DNA of 64,000 nt from Paragordius varius. Lineage: Eukaryota; Animalia; Nematomorpha. The translations under genes and the position numbers were made by a program. Below, piece by piece: positions 38,786 to 54,115 of the stretch. The notes beneath the pieces are model-generated. The model was not told the DNA's origin. It did not search any database and saw only the letters and a program-made list of their open reading frames with translations. Positions within the stretch are counted from its first letter, which is position 1, and every line of letters starts with the position of its first letter. The stretch spans positions 558,001 through 622,000 of the forward strand of contig OZ176051.1 of the NCBI GenBank assembly GCA_964247055.1, in the 5' to 3' direction.

Positions 38786-41049
38786 AAACTTTGTCCTTAA
38801 AAATCGGATATTGGTCACCGGTGAACAAAATTATTTTTTATACATTCTCTTAGTAAGACTACATCAAAATATAGAGATAGTTTGACAAACTCTTTCATAT
38901 CCGATTTTTACAACGATATTTAAAAATTAATGTATAAAACTAGTCGTATCAATAAATCGCATACACACTCAAGTTAAACTTTGTCCTTAAAAATCGCATA
39001 TTGGTCACCGATGAACAAAATTATTTTTTATACATTCTCTTAGTAAGACTACATCAAAATATAGAGATAGTTTGACAAACTATTTCATATCCGATTTTTA
39101 CAACGATACTTTAAAAATTAATGTATTAAACTAGTCGCATCAATACTCAAGCTAAAACTTTGTCCTTAAAAATCGCATATTGGTCACCGATGAACAAAAT
39201 TATTTTTTATACATTCTCTTAGTAAGACTACACCAAAATATAGAGATAGTTTGACAAACTCTTTCATATCCGATTTTTACAACGATACTTTAAAAATTAA
39301 TGTGTTAAACTAGTCGCATCAATACTCAAGTTAAACTTTGTCCTTAAAAATCGGATATTGGTCACCGGTGAACAAAATAATTTTTTATACATTCTCTTAG
39401 TAAGACTACATCAAAATATAGCGATAGCTTGACAAACTCTTTCATATCCGATTTTTACAACGATACTTTAAAAATTATGGTATTAAACCAGTCGCATCAA
39501 TACTCAAGTTAAACTTTGTCCTTAAAAATCGGATATTGGTCACCGGTGAACAAAACAATTTTTTATACATTCTCTTAGTAAGACTACATCAAAATATAGA
39601 GATAGTTTGACAAACTCTTTCATATCCAATTTTTACAACGATACTTTAAAAATTATGGTATTAAACCAGTCGCATCAATACTCAAGTTAAACTTTGTCCT
39701 GAAAAATCGGATATTGGTCACCGGTGAACAAAATTAATTTATATACATTGTCTTAGTAAGACTACATCAAAATATAGAGATAGTTTGACAAACTCTTTCA
39801 TATCCGATTTTTACAACGATACTTTAAAATTAATGTTTAAAACTAGTCGCATCAATACTCAAGTTAAACTTTGTCCTTAAAAATCGGATATTGGTCACCG
39901 GTGAACAAAATTATTTTTTATACATTCTCTTAGTAAGACTACATCAAAATATAGAGATAGTTTGACAAACTCTTTCATATCCGATTTTTACAACGATATT
40001 TAAAAATTAATGTATAAAACTAGTCGTATCAATAAATCGCATACACACTCAAGTTAAACTTTGTCCTTAAAAATCGCATATTGGTCACCGATGAACAAAA
40101 TTATTTTTTATACATTCTCTTAGTAAGACTACATCAAAATATAGAGATAGTTTGACAAACTCTTTCATATCCGATTTTTACAACGATACTTTAAAAATTA
40201 TGGTATTAAACCAGTCGCATCAATACTCAAGTTAAACTTTGTCCTTAAAAATCGGATATTGGTCACCGGTGAACAAAATTATTTTTTATACATTCTCTTA
40301 GTAAGACTACATCAAAATATAGAGATAGTTTGAGAAACTCTTTCATATCCGATTTTTACAACGATATTTAAAAATTAATGTATAAAACTAGTCGTATCAA
40401 TAAATCGCATACACACTCAAGTTAAACTTTGTCCTTAAAAATCGCATATTGGTCACCGATGAACAAAATTATTTTTTATACATTCTCTTAGTAAGACTAC
40501 ATCAAAATATAGAGATAGTTTGACAAACTATTTCATATCCGATTTTTACAACGATACTTTAAAAATTAATGTATTAAACTAGTCGCATCAATACTCAAGC
40601 TAAAACTTTGTCCTTAAAAATCGGATATTGGTCACCGGTGAACAAAATTATTTTTTATACATTCTCTTAGTAAGACTACATCAAAATATAGAGATAGTTT
40701 GACAAACTCTTTCATATCAGATTTTTACAACGATACTTTAAAAATTATGGTATAAACCAGTCGCATCAATACTCAAGTTAAACTTTGTCCTTAAAAATCG
40801 GATATTCGTCACCGGTGAACAAAATTATTTTTTATACATTCTCTTAGTAAGACTACATCAAAATATAGAGATACTTTGACAAACTCTTTCATATCCGATT
40901 TTTACAACGATACTTTAAAAATTATGGTATTAAACCAGTCGCATCAATACTCAAGTTAAACTTTGTCCTGAAAAATCGGATATTGGTCACCGGTGAACAA
41001 AATTAATTTATATACATTCTCTTAGTAAGACTACATCAAAATATAGAGA

Positions 41050-44000
41050 TAGTTTGACAAACTCTTTCATATCCGATTTTTACAACGATACTTTAAAAAT
41101 TAATGTTTAAAACTAGTCGCATCAATACTCAAGCTAAACATTGTCCTTAAAAATCGGATATTGGTCACCGGTGAACAAAACTATTTTTTATACATTCTCT
41201 TAGTAAGACTACATCAAAATATAGAGATAGTTTGACAAACTCTTTCATATCCGATTTTTACAACGATACTTTAAAAATTAATGTTTAAAACTAGTCGCAT
41301 CAATACTCAAGCTAAACATTGTCCTTATAATTCGGATATTGGTCACCGGTGAACAAAACTATTTTTTATACATTCTCTTAGTAAGACTACATCAAAATAT
41401 AGAGATAGTTTGACAAACTCTTTCATATCCGATTTTTACAACGATATTTAAAAATTAATGTATAAAACTAGTCGTATCAATAAATCGCATACACACTCAA
41501 GTTAAACTTTGTCCTTAAAAATCGCATATTGGTCACCGGTGAACAAAATAATTTTTTATACATTCTCTTAGTAAGACTACATCAAAATATAGCGATAGCT
41601 TGACAAACTCTTTCATATCCGATTTTTACAACGATACTTTAAAAATTATGGTATTAAACCAGTCGCATCAATACTCAAGTTAAACTTTGTCCTTAAAAAT
41701 CGGATATTGGTCACCGGTGAACAAAACAATTTTTTATACATTCTCTTAGTAAGACTACATCAAAATATAGAAATAGTTTGACAAACTCTTTCATATCCGA
41801 TTTTTACAACGATACTTTAAAAATTATGGTATTAAACCAGTCGCATCCATACTCAAGTTAAACTTTGTCCTTAAATCGGATATTGGTCCCCGGTGAACAA
41901 AATTATTTTTTATACATTCTCTTAGTAAGACTACATCAAAATATAGAGATAGTTTGACAAACTCTTTCATATCCAATTTTTACAACGATACTTTAAAAAT
42001 TATGGTATTAAACCAGTCGCATCAATACTCAAGTTAAACTTTGTCCTGAAAAATCGGATATTGGTCACCGGTGAACAAAATTAATTTATATACATTGTCT
42101 TAGTAAGACTACATCAAAATATAGAGATAGTTTGACAAACTCTTTCATATCCGATTTTTACAACGATACTTTAAAATTAATGTTTAAAACTAGTCGCATC
42201 AATACTCAAGTTAAACTTTGTCCTTAAAAATCGGATATTGGTCACCGGTGAACAAAATTATTTTTTATACATTCTCTTAGTAAGACTACATCAAAATATA
42301 GAGATAGTTTGACAAACTCTTTCATATCCGATTTTTACAACGATACTTTAAAAATTAATGTGTTAAACTAGTCGCATCAATACTCAAGTTAAACTTTGTC
42401 CTTAAAAATCGGATATTGGTCACCGGTGAACAAAATAATTTTTTATACATTCTCTTAGTAAGACTACATCAAAATATAGCGATGGCTTGACAAACTCTTT
42501 CATATCCGATTCTTACAACGATACTTTAAAAATTATGGTATTAAACCAGTCGCATCAATACTCAAGTTAAACTTTGTCCTTAAAAATCGGATATTGGTCA
42601 CCGGTGAACAAAACAATTTTTTATACATTCTCTTGGTAAGACTACATCAAAATATAGAAATAGTTTGACAAACTCTTTCATATCCGATTTTTACAACGAT
42701 ACTTTAAAAATTATGGTATTAAACCAGTCGCATCCATACTCAAGTTAAACTTTGTCCTTAAATCGGATATTGGTCACCGGTGAACAAAATTATTTTTTAT
42801 ACATTCTCTTAGTAAGACTACATCAAAATATAGAGATAGTTTGACAAACTCTTTCATATCCAATTTTTACAACGATACTTTAAAAATTATGGTATTAAAC
42901 CAGTCGCATCAATACTCAAGTTAAACTTTGTCCTGAAAAATCGGATATTGGTCACCGGTGAACAAAATTAATTTATATACATTCTCTTAGTAAGACTACA
43001 TCAAAATATAGAGATAGTTTGACAAACTCTTTCATATCCGATTTTTACAACGATACTTTAAAAATTAATGTTTAAAACTAGTCGCATCAATACTCAAGCT
43101 AAACATTGTCCTTAAAAATCGGATATTGGTCACCGGTGAACAAAACTATTTTTTATACATTCTCTTAGTAAGACTACATCAAAATATAGAGATAGTTTGA
43201 CAAACTCTTTCATATCCGATTTTTACAACGATATTTAAAAATTAATGTATAAAACTAGTCGTATCAATAAATCGCATACACACTCAAGTTAAACTTTGTC
43301 CTTAAAAATCGCATATTGGTCACCGATGAACAAAATTATTTTTTATACATTCTCTTAGTAAGACTACATCAAAATATAGAGATAGTTTGACAAACTATTT
43401 CATATCCGATTTTTACAACGATACTTTAAAAATTAATGTATTAAACTAGTCGCATCAATACTCAAGCTAAAACTTTGTCCTTAAAAATCGGATATTGGTC
43501 ACCGGTGAACAAAATAATTTTTTATACATTCTCTTAGTAAGACTACATCAAAATATAGAGATAGTTTGACAAACTCTTTCATATCAGATTTTTACAACGA
43601 TACTTTAAAAATTATGGTATTAAACCAGTCGCATCAATACTCAAGTTAAACTTTGTCCTTAAAAATCGGATATTCGTCACCAGTGAACAAAATTATTTTT
43701 TATACATTCTCTTAGTAAGACTACATCAAAATATAGAGATAGTTTGACAAACTCTTTCATATCCGATTTTTACAACGATACTTTAAAAATTATGGTATTA
43801 AACCAGTCGCATCAATACTCAAGTTAAACTTTGTCCTTAAAAATCGGATATTGGTCACCGTTGAACAAAACAATTTTTTATACATTCTCTTAGTAAGACT
43901 ACATCAAAATATAGCGATAGCTTGACAAACTCTTTCATATCCGATTTTTACAACGATACTTTAAAAATTAATGTTTAAAACTAGTCGCATCAATACTCAA

Positions 44001-46800
44001 GCTAAACATTGTCCTTAAAAATCGGATATTGGTCACCGGTGAACAAAACTATTTTTTATACATTCTCTTAGTAAGACTACATCAAAATATAGAGATAGTT
44101 TGACAAACTCTTTCATATCCGATTTTTACAACGATACTTTAAAAATTAATGTTTAAAACTAGTCGCATCAATACTCAAGCTAAACATTGTCCTTATAATT
44201 CGGATATTGGTCACCGGTGAACAAAACTATTTTTTATACATTCTCTTAGTAAGACTACATCAAAATATAGAGATAGTTTGACAAACTCTTTCATATCCGA
44301 TTTTTACAACGATATTTAAAAATTAATGTATAAAACTAGTCGTATCAATAAATCGCATACACACTCAAGTTAAACTTTGTCCTTAAAAATCGCATATTGG
44401 TCACCGGTGAACAAAATAATTTTTTATACATTCTCTTAGTAAGACTACATCAAAATATAGCGATAGCTTGACAAACTCTTTCATATCCGATTTTTACAAC
44501 GATACTTTAAAAATTATGGTATTAAACCAGTCGCATCAATACTCAAGTTAAACTTTGTCCTTAAAAATCGGATATTGGTCACCGGTGAACAAAACAATTT
44601 TTTATACATTCTCTTAGTAAGACTACATCAAAATATAGAAATAGTTTGACAAACTCTTTCATATCCGATTTTTACAACGATACTTTAAAAATTATGGTAT
44701 TAAACCAGTCGCATCCATACTCAAGTTAAACTTTGTCCTTAAATCGGATATTGGTCCCCGGTGAACAAAATTATTTTTTATACATTCTCTTAGTAAGACT
44801 ACATCAAAATATAGAGATAGTTTGACAAACTCTTTCATATCCAATTTTTACAACGATACTTTAAAAATTATGGTATTAAACCAGTCGCATCAATACTCAA
44901 GTTAAACTTTGTCCTGAAAAATCGGATATTGGTCACCGGTGAACAAAATTAATTTATATACATTGTCTTAGTAAGACTACATCAAAATATAGAGATAGTT
45001 TGACAAACTCTTTCATATCCGATTTTTACAACGATACTTTAAAATTAATGTTTAAAACTAGTCGCATCAATACTCAAGTTAAACTTTGTCCTTAAAAATC
45101 GGATATTGGTCACCGGTGAACAAAATTATTTTTTATACATTCTCTTAGTAAGACTACATCAAAATATAGAGATAGTTTGACAAACTCTTTCATATCCGAT
45201 TTTTACAACGATACTTTAAAAATTAATGTGTTAAACTAGTCGCATCAATACTCAAGTTAAACTTTGTCCTTAAAAATCGGATATTGGTCACCGGTGAACA
45301 AAATAATTTTTTATACATTCTCTTAGTAAGACTACATCAAAATATAGCGATGGCTTGACAAACTCTTTCATATCCGATTCTTACAACGATACTTTAAAAA
45401 TTATGGTATTAAACCAGTCGCATCAATACTCAAGTTAAACTTTGTCCTTAAAAATCGGATATTGGTCACCGGTGAACAAAACAATTTTTTATACATTCTC
45501 TTGGTAAGACTACATCAAAATATAGAAATAGTTTGACAAACTCTTTCATATCCGATTTTTACAACGATACTTTAAAAATTATGGTATTAAACCAGTCGCA
45601 TCCATACTCAAGTTAAACTTTGTCCTTAAATCGGATATTGGTCACCGGTGAACAAAATTATTTTTTATACATTCTCTTAGTAAGACTACATCAAAATATA
45701 GAGATAGTTTGACAAACTCTTTCATATCCAATTTTTACAACGATACTTTAAAAATTATGGTATTAAACCAGTCGCATCAATACTCAAGTTAAACTTTGTC
45801 CTGAAAAATCGGATATTGGTCACCGGTGAACAAAATTAATTTATATACATTCTCTTAGTAAGACTACATCAAAATATAGAGATAGTTTGACAAACTCTTT
45901 CATATCCGATTTTTACAACGATACTTTAAAAATTAATGTTTAAAACTAGTCGCATCAATACTCAAGCTAAACATTGTCCTTAAAAATCGGATATTGGTCA
46001 CCGGTGAACAAAACTATTTTTTATACATTCTCTTAGTAAGACTACATCAAAATATAGAGATAGTTTGACAAACTCTTTCATATCCGATTTTTACAACGAT
46101 ATTTAAAAATTAATGTATAAAACTAGTCGTATCAATAAATCGCATACACACTCAAGTTAAACTTTGTCCTTAAAAATCGCATATTGGTCACCGATGAACA
46201 AAATTATTTTTTATACATTCTCTTAGTAAGACTACATCAAAATATAGAGATAGTTTGACAAACTATTTCATATCCGATTTTTACAACGATACTTTAAAAA
46301 TTAATGTATTAAACTAGTCGCATCAATACTCAAGCTAAAACTTTGTCCTTAAAAATCGGATATTGGTCACCGGTGAACAAAATTATTTTTTATACATTCT
46401 CTTAGTAAGACTACATCAAAATATAGAGATAGTTTGACAAACTCTTTCATATCAGATTTTTACAACGATACTTTAAAAATTATGGTATTAAACCAGTCGC
46501 ATCAATACTCAAGTTAAACTTTGTCCTTAAAAATCGGATATTCGTCACCAGTGAACAAAATTATTTTTTATACATTCTCTTAGTAAGACTACATCAAAAT
46601 ATAGAGATAGTTTGACAAACTCTTTCATATCCGATTTTTACAACGATACTTTAAAAATTATGGTATTAAACCAGTCGCATCAATACTCAAGTTAAACTTT
46701 GTCCTTAAAAATCGGATATTGGTCACCGTTGAACAAAACAATTTTTTATACATTCTCTTAGTAAGACTACATCAAAATATAGCGATAGCTTGACAAACTC
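41050..46800. repeat. 16-mer HOR, period 2868 bp, two nearly identical copies
   Basis: Offset 2868 for ccttataattc (41323/44191), gattcttac (42512/45380), cttggtaag (42635/45503) and caccgttgaac (43861/46729). Confidence 0.93.
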
Positions 46801-48489
46801 TTTCATATCCGATTTTTACAACGATACTTTAAAAATTATGGTATTAAACCAGTCGCATCAATACTCAAGTTAAACTTTGTCCTGAAAAATCGGATATTGG
46901 TCACCGGTGAACAAAATTAATTTATATACATTCTCTTAGTAAGACTACATCAAAATATAGAGATAGTTTGACAAACTCTTTCATATCCGATTTTTACAAC
47001 GATACTTTAAAAATTAATGTTTAAAACTAGTCGCATCAATACTCAAGCTAAACATTGTCCTTAAAAATCGGATATTGGTCACCGGTGAACCAAACTATTT
47101 TTTATACATTCTCTTAGTAAGACTACATCAAAATATAGAGATAGTTTGACAAACTCTTTCATATCCGATTTTTACAACGATACTTTAAAAATTAATGTTT
47201 AAAACTAGTCGCATCAATACTCAAGCTAAACATTGTCCTTAAAATTCGGATATTGGTCACCGGTGAACAAAACTATTTTTTATACATTCTCTTAGTAAGA
47301 CTACATCAAAATATAGAGATAGTTTGACAAACTCTTTCATATCCGATTTTTACAACAATATTTAAAAATTAATGTATAAAACTAGTCGTATCAATAAATC
47401 GCATACACACTCAAGTTAAACTTTGTCCTTAAAAATCGCATATTGGTCACCGATGAACAAAATTATTTTTTATACATTCTCTTAGTAAGACTACATCAAA
47501 ATATAGAGATAGTTTGACAAACTCTTTCATATCCGATTTTTACAACGATACTTTAAAAATTAATGTGTTAAACTAGTCGCATCAATACTCAAGTTAAACT
47601 TTGTCCTTAAAAATCGGATATAGGTCACCGAACAAAATAATTTTTTATACATTCTCTTAGTAAGACTACATCAAAATATAGCGATAGCTTGACAAACTCT
47701 TTCATATCCGATTTTTACAACGATACTTTAAAAATTATGGTATTAAACCAGTCGCATCAATACTCAAGTTAAACTTTGTCCTTAAAAATCGGATATTGGT
47801 CACCGGTGAACAAAACAATTTTTTATACATTCTCTTAGTAAGACTACATCAAAATATAGAGATAGTTTGACAAACTCTTTCATATCCAATTTTTACAACG
47901 ATACTTTAAAAATTATGGTATTAAACCAGTCGCATCAATACTCAAGTTAAACTTTGTCCTGAAAAATCGGATATTGGTCACCGGTGAACAAAATTAATTT
48001 ATATACATTGTCTTAGTAAGACTACATCAAAATATAGAGATAGTTTGACAAACTCTTTCATATCCGATTTTTACAACGATACTTTAAAATTAATGTTTAA
48101 AACTAGTCGCATCAATACTCAAGCTAAACATTGTCCTTAAAAATCGGATATTGGTCACCGGTGAACAAAACTATTTTTTATACATTCTCTTAGTAAGATT
48201 ACATCAAAATATAGAGATAGTTTAACTCTTTCATATCCGATTTTTACAACGATATTTAAAAATTAATGTATAAAACTAGTCGTATCAATAAATCGCATAC
48301 ACACTCAAGTTAAACTTTGTCCTTAAAAATCGCATATTGGTCACCGATGAACAAAATTATTTTTTATACATTCTCTTAGTAAGACTACATCAAAATATAG
48401 AGATAGTTTGACAAACTCTTTCATATCCGATTTTTACAACGATACTTTAAAAATTATGGTATTAAACCAGTCGCATCAATACTCAAGTT

Positions 48490-49590
48490 AAACTTTGTCC
48501 TTAAAAATCGGATATTGGTCACCGGTGAACAAAATTATTTTTTATACATTCTCTTAGTAAGACTACATCAAAATATAGAGATAGTTTGACAAACTCTTTC
48601 ATATCCGATTTTTACAACGATACTTTGAAAATTATGGTATTAAACCAGTCGCATCAATACTCAAGTTAAACTTTGTCCATAAAATTCGGATATTGATCAC
48701 GGTGAACAAAATTATTTTTTATACATTCTCTTAGTAAGACTACATCAAAATATAGAGATAATTTGACAAACTCTTTCATATCCGATTTTTACAACGATAC
48801 TTTAAAAATTAATGTATAAAACAGGCGTATCAATTAATCGCATCAATACTCATGTTAAACTTTGTCCTTAAAAATCGGATATTGGTCACCGGTGAACAAA
48901 ATTATTTTTTATACATTCTCTTAGTAAGACTACATCAAAATATAGAGATAGTTTGACAAACTCTTTCATATCCGATTTTTACAACGATACTTTAAAAATT
49001 ATGGTATTAAACCAGTCGCATCAATACTCAAGTTAAACTTTGTCCTTAAAAATCGGATATTGGTCACGGTGAACAAAATTATTTTTTATACATTCTCTTA
49101 GTAAGACTACATCAAAATATAGAGATAATTTGACAAACTCTTTCATATCCGATTTTTACAACGATACTTTAAAAATTAATGTATAAAACAGGCGTATCAA
49201 TTAATCGCATCAATACTCATGTTAAACTTTGTCCTTAAAAATCGGATATTGGTCACCGGTGAACAAAATTATTTTTTATACATTCTCTTAGTAAGACTAC
49301 ATCAAAATATAGAGATAGTTTGACAAACTCTTTCATATCCGATTTTTACAACGATACTTTAAAAATTATGGTATTAAACCAGTCGCATCAATACTCAAGT
49401 TAAACTTTGTCCTTAAAAATCGGATATTGGTCACGGTGAACAAAATTATTTTTTATACATTCTCTTAGTAAGACTACATCAAAATATAGAGATAATTTCA
49501 CAAACTCTTTCATATCCGATTTTTACAACCATACTTTAAAAATTAATGTATAAAACAGGCGTATCAATTAATCGCATCAATACTCAAGTT
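48490..49590. repeat. Dimer HOR, period 367 bp, three copies
   Basis: Plain 178-bp monomers (48490, 48857, 49224) alternate with 189-bp tcacggtg/gataatt/aaaacaggcgtatcaattaatcg monomers (48668, 49035, 49402). Confidence 0.9.
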
Positions 49591-51944
49591 AAACTTTGTC
49601 CTTAAAAATCGGATATTGGTCACCGGTGAACAAAATTATTTTTTATACATTCTCTTAGTAGGACTACATCAAAATAAAGAGATAGTTTGGCAAACTGTTT
49701 CATATCCGATTTTTACAACGATACTTTAAAAATTAATGTATAAAACTAGTCGCATCAATACTCAAGTTAAACTTTGTCCTTAAAAATCGAATATTGGTCA
49801 CCGGTGAACAAAATTATTTTTTATACATTCTCTTAGTAAGACTACATCAAAATATAGAAATAGTTTTACAAACTCTTTCATATCCGATTTTTACAACGAT
49901 ACTTTAAAAATTAATGTATTAAAGTAGTCGCATCAATACTCAAGCTAAAACATTGTCCTTAAAAATCGGATATTGGTCACCGGTGAACAAAACTATTTTT
50001 TACACCGTCTCTTAGTAAGACTACATCAAAATATAGAGATAGTTTGACAAACTCTTTCATATCCGATTTTTACAACGATACTCTAAAAATTAATGTATAA
50101 AACTTGTCGTATCAATAAATCGCATCAATACTCAATTTAAACTTTGTCCTTAAAAATCGGATATTGGTCACCGGTGAACAAAATTATTTTTTATACATTC
50201 TCTTAGTAAGACTACATCAAAATATAGAGATAGTTTGACAAACTCTTTCATATCCGATTTTTACAACGATACTTTAAAAATTAATGTATAAAACTAGTCG
50301 TATCAATACTCAAGTTAAACTTTGTCCTTAAAAATCGAATATTGGTCACCGGTGAACAAAACTATTTTTTATACATTCTCTTAGTAAGACTACATCAAAA
50401 TATAGAGATTGTTTGACAAACTCTTTCATATCCGATTTTTACAACGATACTTTAAAAATTAATGTGTTAAACTAGTCGCATCAATACTCAAGTTAAACTT
50501 TGTCCTCAAAAATCAGATATTGGTCATAGGTGAACAAAATTATTTTTTATACATTCTCTTAGTAAGACTACATCAAAATATAGAGATAGTTTGACAAACT
50601 CTTTCATATCCGATTTTTACAACGATACTGTAAAAATTAATGTATAAAACTAGTCGCATCAATACTCAAGTTAAACTTTGTCCTTAAAAATCGAATATTG
50701 GTCACCGGTGAACAAAATTATTTTTTATACATTCTCTTAGTAAGACTACATCAAAATATAGAAATAGTTTTACAAACTCTTTCATATCCGATTTTTACAA
50801 CGATACTTTAAAAATTATGGTATTAAACCAGTCGCATCAATACTCAAGTTAAACTTTGTCCTTAAAAATCGGATATTGGTCACCGGTGAACAAAATTATT
50901 TTTTTTACATTCTCTTAGTAAGACTACATCAAAATATAGAGATAATTTGACAAACTCTTTCATATCCGATTTTTACAACGATACTTTAAAAATTAATGTA
51001 TTAAACTAGTCGCATCAATACTCAAGCTAAAACTTTGTCCTTAAAAATCGGATATTGGTCACCGGTGAACATAATTATTTTTTACAAATTCTCTTAGTAA
51101 GACTACATCAAAATATAGAGATAGTTTGACAAACTCTTTCATATCCGATTTTTAAAACGATACTTTAAAAATTATGGTATTAAACCAGTCGCATCAATTC
51201 TCAAGTTAAACTTTGTCCTTAAAAATCGGTTATTGGTCACGGTGAAAAAAATTATTTTTTATACATTCTCTTAGTAAGACTACATCAAAATATAGAGATA
51301 ATTTGACAAACTCTTTCATATCCGATTTTTACAACGATACTTTTAAAATTAATGTATAAAACAGGCGTATCAATTAATCGCATCAATACTCAAGTTAAAC
51401 TTTGTCCTTAAAAATCGGATATTGGTCACCGGTGAACAAAATTATTTTTTATACATTCTCTTAGTAGGACTACATCAAAATAAAGAGATAGTTTGGCAAA
51501 CTGTTTCATATCCGATTTTTACAACGATACTTTAAAAATTAATGTATAAAACTAGTCGCATCAATACTCAAGTTAAACTTTGTCCTTAAAAATCGAATAT
51601 TGGTCACCGGTGAACAAAATTATTTTTTATACATTCTCTTAGTAAGACTACATCAAAATATAGAAATAGTTTTACAAACTCTTTCATATCCGATTTTTAC
51701 AACGATACTTTAAAAATTAATGTATTAAAGTAGTCGCATCAATACTCAAGCTAAAACATTGTCCTTAAAAATCGGATATTGGTCACCGGTGAACAAAACT
51801 ATTTTTTATACCGTCTCTTAGTAAGACTACATCAAAATATAGAGATAGTTTGACAAACTCTTTCATATCCGATTTTTACAACGATACTTTAAAAATTAAT
51901 GTATAAAACTAGTCGTATCAATAAATCGCATCAATACTCAAGTT
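49402..51944. repeat. Partial 10-mer duplication, offset 1806 bp (49402-~50130 repeated at 51208-51944)
   Basis: aaataaagag/aactgtt monomer at 49675/51481, followed by ttttaca/ttaaagtag and accgtct monomers in both copies. Confidence 0.8.
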
Positions 51945-54115
51945 AAACTTTGTCCTTAAAAATCGGTTATTGGTCACGGTGAACAAAATTATTTTTTATA
52001 CATTCTCTTAGTAAGACTACATCAAAATATAGAGATAATTTGACAAACTCTTTCATATCCGATTTTTACAACGATACTTTAAAAATTAATGTATAAAACA
52101 GGCGTATCAATTAATCGCATCAATACTCAAGTTAAACTTTGTCCTTAAAAATCAGATATTGGTCACCGGTGAACAAACAAATTTTTTATACATTCTCTTA
52201 GTAGGACTACATATAAAAATATAGAGATAGTTTGACAAACTCTTTCATATCCGATTTTTACAACGATACTTTAAAAATTATGGTATTAAACCAGTCGCAT
52301 CAATACTCAAGTTAAACTTTGTCCTTAAAAATCGGATATTGGTCACCGGTGAACAAAATTATTTTTTATACATTCTCTTAGTAAGACTACATCAAAATAT
52401 AGAGATAGTTTGACAAACTCTTTCATATCCGATTTTTACAACGATACTTTAAAAATTATGGTATTAAACCAGTCGCATCAATACTCAAGTTAAACTTTGT
52501 CCTTAAAAATCGGATATTGGTCACCGGTGAACAAAACTATTTTTTTTACATTCTCTTAGTAAGACTACATCAAAATATAGAGATAATTTGACAAACTCTT
52601 TCATATCCGATTTTTACAACGATACTTTAAAAATTAATGTATAAAACTAGTCGCATCAATACTCAAGTTAAACTTTGTCCTTAAAAATCGGATATTGGTC
52701 ACCGGTGAACAAAATTATTTTTTATACATTCTCTTAGTAAGACTACATCAAAATATAGAGATAGTTTGACAAACTCTTTCATATCCGATTTTTACAACGA
52801 TACTTTAAAAATTATGGTATTAAACCAGTCGCATCAATACTCAAGTTAAACTTTGTCCTTAAAAATCGGATATTGGTCACCGGTGAACAAAACAATTTTT
52901 TATACATTCTCTTAGTAAGACTACATCAAAATATAGAGATAGTTTGACAAACTCTTTCATATCCGATTTTTACAACGATACTTTAAAAATTAATGTATAA
53001 AACTAGTCGCATCAATACTCAAGTTAAACTTTGTCCTTAAAAATCGGATATTGGTCACCGGTGAACAAAACTATTTTTTTTACATTCTCTTAGTAAGACT
53101 ACATCAAAATATAGAGATAATTTGACAAACTCTTTCATATCCGATTTTTACAACGATACTTTAAAAATTAATGTATTAAACTAGTCGCATCAATACTCAA
53201 GCTAAAACATTGTCCTTAAAAATCGGATATTGGTCACCGGTGAACAAAACTATTTTTTGTACCGTCTCTTAGTAAGACTACATCAAAATATAGAGATAGT
53301 TTGACAAACTCTTTCATATCCGATTTTTTCAACGATACTTTAAAAATTAATGTATAAAACTAGTCGTATCAATAAATCGCATCAATACTCAAGTTAAACT
53401 TTCTCCTTAAAAATCGGATATTGGTCACCGGTGAACAAAATTATTTTTTATACATTCTCTTAGTAAGACTAGATCAAAATATAGAGATAGTTTGACAAAC
53501 TCTTTCATATCCGATTTTTACAACGATACTTTAAAAATTATGGTATTAACCAGTCGCATCAATACTCAAGTTAAACTTTGTCCTTAAAAATCGGATATTG
53601 GTCACCGGTGAACAAAACTATTTTTTTTACATTCTCTTAGTAAGACTACATCAAAATATAGAGATAATTTCACAAACTCTTTCATATCCGATTTTTACAA
53701 CGATACTTTAAAAATTAATGTATAAAACTAGTCGCATCAATACTCAAGTTAAACTTTGTCCTTAAAAATCGGATATTGGTCACCGGTGAACAAAACTATT
53801 TTTTTTACATTCTCTTAGTAAGACTACATCAAAATATAGAGATAATTTGACAAACTCTTTCATATCCGATTTTTACAACGATACTTTAAAAATTAATGTA
53901 TTAAACTAGTCGCATCAATACTCAAGCTAAAACATTGTCCTTAAACATCGGATATTGGTCACCGGTGAACAAAACTATTTTTTATACCGTCTCTTAGTAT
54001 GACTACATCAAAATATAAGATAGTTTGACAAACTCTTTCATATCCGATTTTTACAACGATACTTTAAAAATTAATGTATAAAACTAGTCGTATCAATCGC
54101 ATCAATACTCAAGTT

